A stretch of 64,000 nucleotides of DNA, from the NCBI GenBank assembly GCA_027485595.1, contig JAIXQT010000075.1, positions 44,589 to 108,588 of the forward strand, in the 5' to 3' direction. This DNA comes from Pseudomonadota bacterium (lineage in GTDB: Bacteria > Bdellovibrionota_C > UBA2361 > OMII01). A program made the translations under genes and the position numbers. Shown in pieces: positions 49,760 through 58,719 of this stretch. The notes beneath the pieces are model-generated. The model did no database searches. It saw only the letters and a program-made list of their open reading frames with translations, and was not told the origin of the DNA. The first letter of the stretch is position 1, and the number at the start of each line of letters is the position of its first letter.

Positions 49760-50020
49760 TTAAGCAAGGCCACCAGCATGGCCTTGAAATCTCTGCTCGG
49801 CAAGTACGCCTGGGAGTGAGTGGCCCACAAAGAGCACAACCGACCCTTCGACTCGACCGGATCGGGCAATCATCTTGAGGAGTTCTCGGCGGTTAGGGCT
49901 GTGATGACGAATGCGTGCGGCATGGGGATGGATGTTCTCTGGCTTCCACGAGTAGGTAGTAAGCTCGACCCACTCACCCTCGAACGCTTCACGAATCCGG
50001 CTCCATGGAATCTGTGCCAT
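49760..50020 (-). CDS. Small hypothetical protein (DUF5678-like)
   Basis: W..I...F.GEWV...HHSPNRREL; GAGGGG RBS. Confidence 0.5.
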   Translation of the reverse strand: MAQIPWSRIREAFEGEWVELTTYSWKPENIHPHAARIRHHSPNRRELLKMIARSGRVEGSVVLFVGHSLPGVLAEQRFQGHAGGLA

Positions 50021-50453
50021 GACTATCCCCTCGGTAAAGTACGTGCTCATCCTACAGGTCTTTTCGGTGCTTATCAAAATTATTTTGGGTTCGTTGAGGG
50101 GATTCGAGCCGAGCGTCCACCTGTGCCCGTGCTCTTTACCGCGTGCGTAAACGTGACCATAAAGGCTTGGGTTTGGTGCCACCGTCTACGATACTCGCCG
50201 TGAAAGGTCAGTTCTTACAGATAGTTCGACTGTCGTTTGGGCGGCATCCACGCCTACGTACACGATCCCGGAACGGATCTGAAGCGCTCTTCACGGGAAG
50301 CTCCACACTTGTTTCCTCGGAGATACTGCGCGATCGCGGAGCCGCCATACTGTGAAACATCACGGAGTCCGTTCTCTGTCCCCCCGTTCTCGGAGAGAAA
50401 GATAGGGGGTACGCATGTCGAAGGTTGGGGTGTTTCCACGCGAGAGACCGCAT

Positions 50454-51035
50454 CTATCTGAAGAACAACGGTCGCCCTTCCTTCGAAACAGAATACGTAT
50501 CCAAGATCGTCTTGATCCCTTGACAGCATCGAGCGCGAAGCTGTCCGTCGCTGAGTGCTTGAGCGTCGATCTTCGTAGGATCTCTTCGAATCTCTCCCCT
50601 AAGGCTCTCGCGCAACGGCTCGAGTGCAGCCATCTTCTGAATGACCTCAAGCGTTGCTCCTGCTACGATCTCTTTCTTTGCCTTGTCGTTGAAGGCCGTA
50701 TGGTGCTTCTTCATCGCATCCACAAGGATCGGTGGAAGCTCAACCTTGAAAAGGTGGTTGAGCTGTTGCTCAATCGGCGCACTCGCAGGCAACGCAGCCG
50801 GCGCAGCCGCTGGCTTAGCCGGCACAGGCTGTGTAGGGCGTGCGGGAGTCGCTTGTCGTTGCGGAGACGCCGGTGGAAGCGCCTTACCCGCCCCACTGTC
50901 AATGTGCTTCCCTCTAAAATCGGGAAGGCTCGCTTTATCAAGCGCCGGAGCTGCCGTAGTAGTGGTGCTCTTATCTGGAGCCCGATTTTGGGGCGTAGCC
51001 TTCTTCGCTAGCCGGGCTGATCCTGGTTGGCACAT
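50454..51035 (-). CDS. Hypothetical protein with Pro/Ala-rich N-terminus
   Basis: AGGAG RBS; follows the 1404-aa gene on the same strand. Confidence 0.55.
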   Translation of the reverse strand: MCQPGSARLAKKATPQNRAPDKSTTTTAAPALDKASLPDFRGKHIDSGAGKALPPASPQRQATPARPTQPVPAKPAAAPAALPASAPIEQQLNHLFKVELPPILVDAMKKHHTAFNDKAKKEIVAGATLEVIQKMAALEPLRESLRGEIRRDPTKIDAQALSDGQLRARCCQGIKTILDTYSVSKEGRPLFFR

Positions 51036-51071
51036 ACAAAACTCCTACGCTACCGCTACAATCGATCCCTA

Positions 51072-54000
51072 CTATTCAAAAAAGAGAGCCTTTCGCGCCG
51101 CCACAAAAGCGGGGTCGCTCAGTAGTTGATCGCGGATGATTCTAACCTTCTCCCCGTACAGATCAACTAATGTTCTCATCTCAAGGATGATATTCGGCGC
51201 TCCACTCGCTTGGTCCTCCTCAAAGGTTACAAGGGCCTTTTTCCAGGCGTTTAGACACGGCATAACGCCGCGATGGAAGTGATCCGACGTTGTGTCACGC
51301 CCCTCATCGCGCCCCCGCACCCAGCTTGCCGCCAGAATGTCCTCTATGCCATGCCGCTTAAGGAGCTCCCGCAGATCGGCTTGAAAGGGGATCGAGAGCT
51401 CCGCGAGTGGACCACCGTACTCACCATTCGACAGGATCGAACCGATCAGTTGAAACGTTGGAGCTCGGCTAATATCGATCAACCCAAGCATATCGGTGCG
51501 TCCGTCGAAGGTGAAGAAGTCTCCGCCCCCAGAACGCCGATGACCGCCCTCGCCGGGAAAGCTCGCCAAGGGCCCTGCTGCGTCGTAAATCACCATCCGC
51601 TTGCCGGTCTCGTGGTTGTAATTGCCAGCGGAGAACATCTCGAGCGAGTACTCGGGATTATCCACCGCGCTCAACAATATCGTCGCGCCGAGCGCGGCGC
51701 ACTGTGCTGGACGCAAACGTCCGCGAATACAGAATTGGTACTCCGGGAACTCGGGCTTGATAATCTTAAACTCCACAAGGAGCCGCGCTACCTCAACCAA
51801 CTCACGAGCGCTCGTCATAGCTGGGAGTACGATGCAGTCATCGGCGTTATCCACCTTAAAGCCGCCCGTGAACGAGAAGGGGGCTACAAGTTGGAGCGCC
51901 TCAAGTTTCCTCCTATCGACCTTAGAGTGAAGGTGTAGCTTGCACCCAATCGGAAGCAGAGCCGCCGCGTCACGACGGAGTTCCCTCACGATCCCACGGA
52001 ATTCGTCGAGCTTTGGATCGCTCGCAAGAACGCTCAAGCCCTCCTTGTGTACCTGCGGCCACTCCTCAAGCTGTGCGACCTCGCCGTCCCGCGCACCCTG
52101 TTCAGCGATCATCCGCTGCATCAAGAAGCTCCCTACAAGGGCGTGATTAGCAATAGCGAGCGAGTCATTCGAGCGACTTAATCCACGATTAATAGTGTTC
52201 ACGGCGGCGTTAATCTCTTCCGCGCACTGCTTGAGAAACACCAGATGCATCCATCCCGGAAAAACCTCAGCGAGCACCTTTCTTTGCGGGAGCAGTAACG
52301 GCTCCTCCCATCCGGCAATTTCACGCCCCCAGTTCTCCGGATGGGCGCTCTGAGCCTGATCCCGAAGTCGTTCAATCGATTGCACACTACCCCGTATAGC
52401 GTGAGTAACCCCCTCGAGAGCACCCCAGCTTAAGAGGCTTGCGGAGAGCTTCGATGAAACCTTGGCAGGGTCGAAGCACCGCGCGAATTCAAGCACCTTT
52501 CCATCAAGATGCTTCTGTACCGTTTCGGCATTTGGTGAGCGCGGTTGATCATCGCAGAGATCTCTCGATTCATACGACTGCTCCTCGAATGCCATAAGCT
52601 CACTATCGTGCTCCGGTGCCACGGTGAGCTGCTCTATGAGGGTGTCGAGACAGTGGCGGTGCTCACGCGCGTCGAGCACCCCTGCGGCGACCAGGAGATT
52701 GAGGTTGTAGATCGTTGGCGCAATGGCGCAGAACTTCTCACGGCGATATGCTTGCTGAGTTCCCTGTAGCTCCCCAGCAGCTCTTCGAACGTTCTCTATG
52801 ACACCTTCGTGGTCGATCTCTGGAGGAGAGATAAGCATCGATTCAAAAGGCGGTAGCGGACGGTCATGGGATGAAAACTCGTCATCACAATCGCGCTCTA
52901 CATTCGCGAGTCTCTCCCTCTCAATGGTGAGTTGTTGTGCTGCCCATGGCTCCGGAGCGAAATCAGCCTCTAGTAAGAAGTAACGGTCGCGGGGGAGTGC
53001 TCTTCGCTCCCACTTCTCGACCTCCTGCGCGATCGAGTGGTGACGATTAAGGAGTCTGTACGCTCGGGCAGCCACCTTCTCCGCTGGTTGGCGCATCCCA
53101 ATATAGCTCTCCGCGACCTCGATCCTCGTAAGCCGCTCCGCCGAAAGTGGGGCGGTAATCCAGCCGAAGAGACGAGAGACGGCTTTGGGACTCACGAGAC
53201 CGATAAGCTGCGCGTCAAGCACCGCTGAGAGCGCGGCGAACTTCTGCACCAAGAGATCTCTGTTGTTTTCCTCATGAAGATGGTGTTTCGAGCGAAAGCC
53301 TGGCCAGGAGATCACAACGTTAGGGTCACGAATCGCGTCGTACTGCTCAAGAAACCGCAAGAACCCACGGGGGGGACTGAGCGGCTCCGGCATCTTGGCC
53401 GCGAAGAAGGCGAGATACACTTGGGCGATAAATCGTTGTTTCCGTGGGGAGCCGAGCACCTCACTCGCAAGGCGTTGCTCGAACTCGTGCCACGCCACGG
53501 CAGGGGACTGGGGAGCAACGGAGGCGTTACACTCAAGGAGGAGCTCGCGCGGACCGAGAGGGATGTGCGTGCCGAGCAATCCAGCGGTGCGTCGCTCGCC
53601 TCGACCGGTGAGTGGCACGGGATTAAACGCGCGGTTCTCAAGGGGGAGGGCGAGGGGGCCCTCAAGTTGCAGGAGGTCAGACACCGTAGCGGACAGGTCA
53701 AACGACTGTCCCTTGCTGGCGCCGCTGAGTCCAAACACCTCCCGAAGGTTTGCGAGCCCCGGTTTAGCGAAGGAAGCCTCGCTTCCCTCAAGGATCGCGA
53801 TAATCTTTGAAGTCGGCTTCTCGCGCATCAAGCAATCTTCAAGGATTGAGAGGCCCCGCGCGGATCCGTTCGTACCGTACTGACCCATGAGATCGACCGC
53901 GTACTGCCCGATTGCGCGAGCACGCTCAGGATTCCCCGCGCCGTAGTAATTGATCACCAGAGAGCAGAACCGGATCGCCACCTCTTCGCCGACCTCCGCG

Positions 54001-55286
54001 AAGGACGCGAGCTCCTTCCCCTTTGCCGCGTAGAGGGTCGCTGTCTCCTCAAAAGAGGAACCCGCGATAGCGGCTATTTTATGGATCTCATCTCCAGAGA
54101 GCGATGGCGTCACGATCGCAAAGTCACGACGGAACCACCACGGGGCAGCGCCTTGGCAATAGATATCGGTAATAATCTGAGTGGCGCGGGCGAGCGCTGT
54201 TTCTGGCGCCTCAGCGTGAAGGTATTGGAAGAGGGCCGACGCGCGGTCGGGATTAAGACCGTTCTCAAGCGCTGACTCAAGTGCGCGGACAAATGTGGTA
54301 AAGTTCTCTGATTGAAGCTCCTCATGCGAAAGACGCTCTCGATTCTCCAGCGCAAAGAGGAACGCTTCTGGAAGAACCTTGTCGCCCGTCACCGCTGATA
54401 CGATCCGATACGTCGCATCACTCCATGCGTCACGTGCGAAGACCCGCTCACGATCGAGCTCCTCGTTCCTTACGTTCCCCATAACAGAGGCAAGTGGCAT
54501 AAAGGCGAGCTCAGGCGGTAACGAACGGTAATCGTGCCCAAGGCACGACACGCCATGCCCGTGCGTTATCTCAACACACGCCGCAGCCCATGCCAGTGGC
54601 GAGCGAAAAGCATCTTGCCCGAGATGTGGATGGACCGCCTGCGCGTAGAACTCAGGCTGAAAGTAGAACCACTGAAACAGAGCCTTCGTCGTGTACTGAT
54701 TGAGGAACGCGAGAACAGAGGCTCGCTCAACTCGCTTCGACACATCACCATCTTCTGAGAGGGCGAGGTCGGTCGCAGGAATGCCGCCGTTGGAGGGTGT
54801 GATCGTAATCGTATCGTCTGTAATCCGAACGGAACCCTCGCGACGGTCGCGCAACGCCTCGGTCAATCCCTTGAGGTGCTGTTTGAGCCACGATAAGCGG
54901 GGACCCTCTTGGTTGTGGTCACCGGACCTCTCATAGCGATCCTCTTCTAAAAACCGCCTGATGGCGAACTGTTCAACCGAAGGTGTGCGGCTAGAGTAGA
55001 AGAAGAGGCCCCACTTCGGACCGTACTGAAATAGATCGTGTCGCCCCTGGAGAGGACGGATGTAAATGTAGTGGGGGAGAGTTTCCGTCTCGCTCATATC
55101 GGCGAGACAGCGTGGACCTGGATTGTACGCGCCGCCTAGTGCTCGGATGGGAAAGTTAGAAACCTCTGCGAGTAACTCCCTAAAGTCCTCTAAGAACTCG
55201 CTCTCCCGCGAAGGGAGAGACAGGGATTCCTGCGGCGAACTCTTTAAGGCAACAACACTAGTACTCATCACGAGACACGGCCACAC
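51072..55286 (-). CDS. Large hypothetical protein (~1400 aa)
   Basis: 4.2-kb uninterrupted ORF; no family recognised; start uncertain. Confidence 0.8.
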   Translation of the reverse strand: MWPCLVMSTSVVALKSSPQESLSLPSRESEFLEDFRELLAEVSNFPIRALGGAYNPGPRCLADMSETETLPHYIYIRPLQGRHDLFQYGPKWGLFFYSSRTPSVEQFAIRRFLEEDRYERSGDHNQEGPRLSWLKQHLKGLTEALRDRREGSVRITDDTITITPSNGGIPATDLALSEDGDVSKRVERASVLAFLNQYTTKALFQWFYFQPEFYAQAVHPHLGQDAFRSPLAWAAACVEITHGHGVSCLGHDYRSLPPELAFMPLASVMGNVRNEELDRERVFARDAWSDATYRIVSAVTGDKVLPEAFLFALENRERLSHEELQSENFTTFVRALESALENGLNPDRASALFQYLHAEAPETALARATQIITDIYCQGAAPWWFRRDFAIVTPSLSGDEIHKIAAIAGSSFEETATLYAAKGKELASFAEVGEEVAIRFCSLVINYYGAGNPERARAIGQYAVDLMGQYGTNGSARGLSILEDCLMREKPTSKIIAILEGSEASFAKPGLANLREVFGLSGASKGQSFDLSATVSDLLQLEGPLALPLENRAFNPVPLTGRGERRTAGLLGTHIPLGPRELLLECNASVAPQSPAVAWHEFEQRLASEVLGSPRKQRFIAQVYLAFFAAKMPEPLSPPRGFLRFLEQYDAIRDPNVVISWPGFRSKHHLHEENNRDLLVQKFAALSAVLDAQLIGLVSPKAVSRLFGWITAPLSAERLTRIEVAESYIGMRQPAEKVAARAYRLLNRHHSIAQEVEKWERRALPRDRYFLLEADFAPEPWAAQQLTIERERLANVERDCDDEFSSHDRPLPPFESMLISPPEIDHEGVIENVRRAAGELQGTQQAYRREKFCAIAPTIYNLNLLVAAGVLDAREHRHCLDTLIEQLTVAPEHDSELMAFEEQSYESRDLCDDQPRSPNAETVQKHLDGKVLEFARCFDPAKVSSKLSASLLSWGALEGVTHAIRGSVQSIERLRDQAQSAHPENWGREIAGWEEPLLLPQRKVLAEVFPGWMHLVFLKQCAEEINAAVNTINRGLSRSNDSLAIANHALVGSFLMQRMIAEQGARDGEVAQLEEWPQVHKEGLSVLASDPKLDEFRGIVRELRRDAAALLPIGCKLHLHSKVDRRKLEALQLVAPFSFTGGFKVDNADDCIVLPAMTSARELVEVARLLVEFKIIKPEFPEYQFCIRGRLRPAQCAALGATILLSAVDNPEYSLEMFSAGNYNHETGKRMVIYDAAGPLASFPGEGGHRRSGGGDFFTFDGRTDMLGLIDISRAPTFQLIGSILSNGEYGGPLAELSIPFQADLRELLKRHGIEDILAASWVRGRDEGRDTTSDHFHRGVMPCLNAWKKALVTFEEDQASGAPNIILEMRTLVDLYGEKVRIIRDQLLSDPAFVAARKALFFE

Positions 55287-55393
55287 AACGGTTTGGGCAA
55301 GAGCCGGAGTGTAGCTGGAGCGAAGGGGCTACTCAAACGATGCAAAGGTACTATGAAAGCCCTGGATCGTGAGGGGAGGGTGGGGTTGTTTGT

Positions 55394-56632
55394 TTGGGTA
55401 GGCAATGGTCTGGAATGTCAAAATACGCCACCCTACCCCTCAACACCCCCATAACCCTTCCCATGCACCCAGCCACCAAAACCATCGCTACGCCCTCTGT
55501 TCCTCCCTATCGGTCCGATCCCCTCGACTCCCTGGCAACGCAGTCTTCAGAGATCATGATCCTTCACAGTCAGCTGTTAATCGCCTCAACCTTGCGTGCG
55601 CAGGGGGTTTTCGGCGGCGCAAGCCCCTCAGAGGTCCGGGCCCACTTTGAGCGGATCCGCGACCAGCTATCGCCAAACGTGCCGAGCGATGATCTCAAGC
55701 GGTACAGCGATATCCGATCCCCTGGCAGTCAGATGATGCATCTCTTTCTTTCGCTCTGCGCGCAGGTCCCCCAGTATCTCTCGGATCGGGTTGGGGGCTC
55801 CTTGCCAGCGAGGGATGCTCTAGATTGTCTCCGTGACGAAGCCCGAACCCGGAAGTTCCTGGAAGCCATCCCTGAATCTCTCGCTCGCATTCGAAACACC
55901 AACCCATCAGGGCAGGTGCATGTCGTCGATGCTGGATGTGGACCGATACCGATCATGGCGATCGCGGCTGCCTGGAGTGATCCGGGGGTGTATGTAACCG
56001 CGCTTGAACTTAATCCGCTCTCTGCTGAGCTTGCGCAAGGGATCATTACCGCTCTTGATCTTCAGGATCGAATTACTATCACATGTGACGATGCGACGAC
56101 CTACGCACCCTCCCGGCCAATTGACCTCATCATCTCTGAAACGATTAGCGCCGGCCTACTCAATGAGCCAGTGGTTGCGGTCATGCAGAACCTCTCGAAG
56201 CACCTAACCGCGAGGGGGGAAACGCTACCAACAGGGATCGATGTGCACCTTGGCGTTTTTCCGATTCATCAGTTTGAATCCCCGCTCGGCCACCTCCCCT
56301 ACAATGGCTTAACCGCGCTCTTGGCGCCCACAGAGCTTGCGCGCATCCCGTGGAAAGCGACCTCCCCTTTGTCTAGGATCGCGGCTCGAATGGCTATTGC
56401 TCCCTGCCATGCTGACTCGGTCGCGTGCGCATGGTTAACAGTACGGCTAGGGGACGCGGCGCTTCGCATGAACGAATCCCTCATCACGACACCAACGCTC
56501 GTGAACTGCCTGACATCCGACAAAAAAATTGAACCACTTATCATCAATGCCCTGCCAGCGCCAACATCGATTGCAGTTTTTGGTGAGCCTGGCGGACCAT
56601 TTCTTATCGGGGTACTTCCTCGGAACGAGTGA
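55394..56632 (+). CDS. Class I SAM-dependent methyltransferase, PRMT-like
   Basis: RTRKFLEAI, VVDAGCG, ELNP, DLIISET....LLNE; start uncertain. Confidence 0.8.
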   Translation: MGRQWSGMSKYATLPLNTPITLPMHPATKTIATPSVPPYRSDPLDSLATQSSEIMILHSQLLIASTLRAQGVFGGASPSEVRAHFERIRDQLSPNVPSDDLKRYSDIRSPGSQMMHLFLSLCAQVPQYLSDRVGGSLPARDALDCLRDEARTRKFLEAIPESLARIRNTNPSGQVHVVDAGCGPIPIMAIAAAWSDPGVYVTALELNPLSAELAQGIITALDLQDRITITCDDATTYAPSRPIDLIISETISAGLLNEPVVAVMQNLSKHLTARGETLPTGIDVHLGVFPIHQFESPLGHLPYNGLTALLAPTELARIPWKATSPLSRIAARMAIAPCHADSVACAWLTVRLGDAALRMNESLITTPTLVNCLTSDKKIEPLIINALPAPTSIAVFGEPGGPFLIGVLPRNE

Positions 56633-57219
56633 CTGGAAAATTCGCTCCTATCTTTCTGGGTAGTGCCTCACCAGGGTGGGCCACACATAGTTGCCACTAC
56701 CAAAGACGAGAGGAGAATTCGATGCCCTGTGTCCTCCCTTTATGGACATGGATACATGATGAGGGCAGTGCGAGACCCTGACCTATCCCACATTAGACCA
56801 TACCCGAGAGTCCTCAAGGATATCGAGCGCCCAGCGAAAGTGCCTCAAGACTTTGGTACACCCTACTTTTCAAAAGTAGGCGAAGTTGTTGAAATCGCAG
56901 GTTAGCTGAAACTATCTCTGATATGCACTGCGGCGCTTGGGCGGCTTCGATTAAGGAGGGTGTGTCAGAGGATTGAGCTAAGCAGATAGGACTCCTTACA
57001 ATCGGCCACTGGCGTAATTAGTTGTTTGATAAGTAACCCCAGACCTGGAGGAGAAAGAAGCACGCGCAGGTCTCTTAATAATGAAGAGGAAAACGGAGCG
57101 AAAAGGGACGTTTCCTTTTGTGATGCCTCTAACCGGTCTTGGTGTCGTGACTGGATGTAGTAGCCCCGGTACAGAGGAACAATTTTTTGATCAAAGGACC
57201 AAGGATCAAAGGGAACCAA

Positions 57220-57237
57220 CCCCTCCTAGCGGAGGGG
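57220..57237. other. GC-rich hairpin downstream of the putative DGR variable region
   Basis: CCCCTCC-TAGC-GGAGGGG, flanked by GATCAA(A)GG repeats. Confidence 0.6.
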
Positions 57238-57300
57238 ATCAAGGATGTCCGCCGTAGCGCCACAGGCGCGAAGGTGGGAACCCAATGACCGAGGACTAAA

Positions 57301-57909
57301 TTATTTTGATTCCGCAGAAGCGCGCACAAACAACGCCCCATAGCGAGGAAAGCCGTAGTGGAGCCAGTGGAAGTTGTCGCGAACACGCCGACCATCAACA
57401 TCAAGCCCGCCTCGAACATCCCGCACGCACCGCTCTCGGTAGGTCTCTAGAGCGTTCTTTTCTGCGTCATTGATAGTGTCGTTGCCTTCTTTCGCTAAGA
57501 GGCCTTCAACATAGGCCCGGTTCTCTTCGCGGGTAGCAACTCGGTAACCTCCTAACCTTTCAGCATAGGATGTCTGATCCGCTCGTGATTTATTGAAAGA
57601 CCCTTCCGACAGGAGGGTATCTAATTGCTGACCCTTTACTGATATTTGACCCACTACAGCCTGATGATTGTCGATGGTCTTGATCTCGCTGACAGCTTGC
57701 GATTGTGCATCGGACTGGGCGGCTTCAGTGCTTGTGAGAGCTTGCAGAAATTTTACTCGCGCCTCAGGAGAAATCGCTTTGAGCGCCTCTGACGTCATGT
57801 CAGATACTAGATGGTCAAGCACTGCGGTCTTGCCTGCTTGTGGCAGGATACCAGCTGCACTCTTAGCTACCTCAACTGCTGCTTTCGTATCTATTGCTGG
57901 GCTAGTCAT
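57301..57909 (-). CDS. Putative CLec-fold protein, candidate DGR target
   Basis: GYRVATREE (similar to RLPT-E) and C-terminal G...GALFVR with an NNC/NNT-biased segment. Confidence 0.6.
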   Translation of the reverse strand: MTSPAIDTKAAVEVAKSAAGILPQAGKTAVLDHLVSDMTSEALKAISPEARVKFLQALTSTEAAQSDAQSQAVSEIKTIDNHQAVVGQISVKGQQLDTLLSEGSFNKSRADQTSYAERLGGYRVATREENRAYVEGLLAKEGNDTINDAEKNALETYRERCVRDVRGGLDVDGRRVRDNFHWLHYGFPRYGALFVRASAESK

Positions 57910-58067
57910 TGTGCTTCCCTCCGAGCCTTATCCTCTTCAACTATCGAAACGAGGCGTTTTGCTATCTCAATCTTCTCTTCTATGGAGAGCATTGGAGATG
58001 CTCGCAGCGCTTCTATGCGCCGTACGATCTCAGCTACCTTATCCTCGGTTTTCGTATCGTTTTCCAT
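57906..58067 (-). CDS. 53-aa helical protein translationally coupled to the next gene (below ORF-track cutoff)
   Basis: MENDTKTEDKVAEIVRRIEALRASPMLSIEEKIEIAKRLVSIVEEDKARREAQ; AAGGGAG upstream; ATGA overlap. Confidence 0.65.
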   Translation of the reverse strand: MENDTKTEDKVAEIVRRIEALRASPMLSIEEKIEIAKRLVSIVEEDKARREAQ

Positions 58068-58719
58068 AGCTCCCTTATCTAGAGTCTAAATCAATCCGCG
58101 CGCCAATCAACTGCTGTTGCAATCTGCCGGTTTGGGACGTCTTGCGTGCCTGCCTCAAAATACCCACGAAGGGTCTACGGGAACTCCCGTTGCTCGAACT
58201 TTAAAATGGAGATGTGGCTCACCTAGCTATCTCTCTCACAGACCCCGCGCAAGGGATTCCGAGCTTAGATGGGGGCACTCGCCTGAAATCTTGAGATATT
58301 CAGATATGATTTGAAATCATACGACCCGCGAATTTTTCGCGCGCGCTCTCTGAGAAAAATGGTAGGGGGAAAGTGGTAGGGGAACGGGTCCGCTGTTCCG
58401 AGGCCGCCAGCCTTCACGGATGGCTGGAACCGATCTGGCGACGCTATCACTGAAATCTCCGCGCCCCAGAGATCTGCTTAGAGCCATCCATCGCAGCAAC
58501 GGGGTGTAGCAAGCTCCGACGACGTCCGAAGCATGATTTTTCCCGCCACCGCCAACTAGCTGCTTTCAAATCGCTTTTCTACCTACCTACTCATTCCGGG
58601 CGCACCATCGCGACAAACCTTAACTAATTGCCGGGTCATGCCGACCTACGAACGTATGTGGGGATTTGCCATTTTTTGTATGCGACGCATCCCCTCCGTT
58701 TCGGCAATGCGGGGAAAGC

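Noticed and set aside
56663-57219. Short ORFs 56663..56905(+) and 56965..57219(-)
   Set aside because: No motifs or convincing starts; the many other antisense shadow ORFs in the track were dismissed on the same grounds
56633-58719. Local DGR template repeat, RT or Avd
   Set aside because: No AAC-rich copy of the variable region in the flanks by eye, and no RT motif in any ORF of the window
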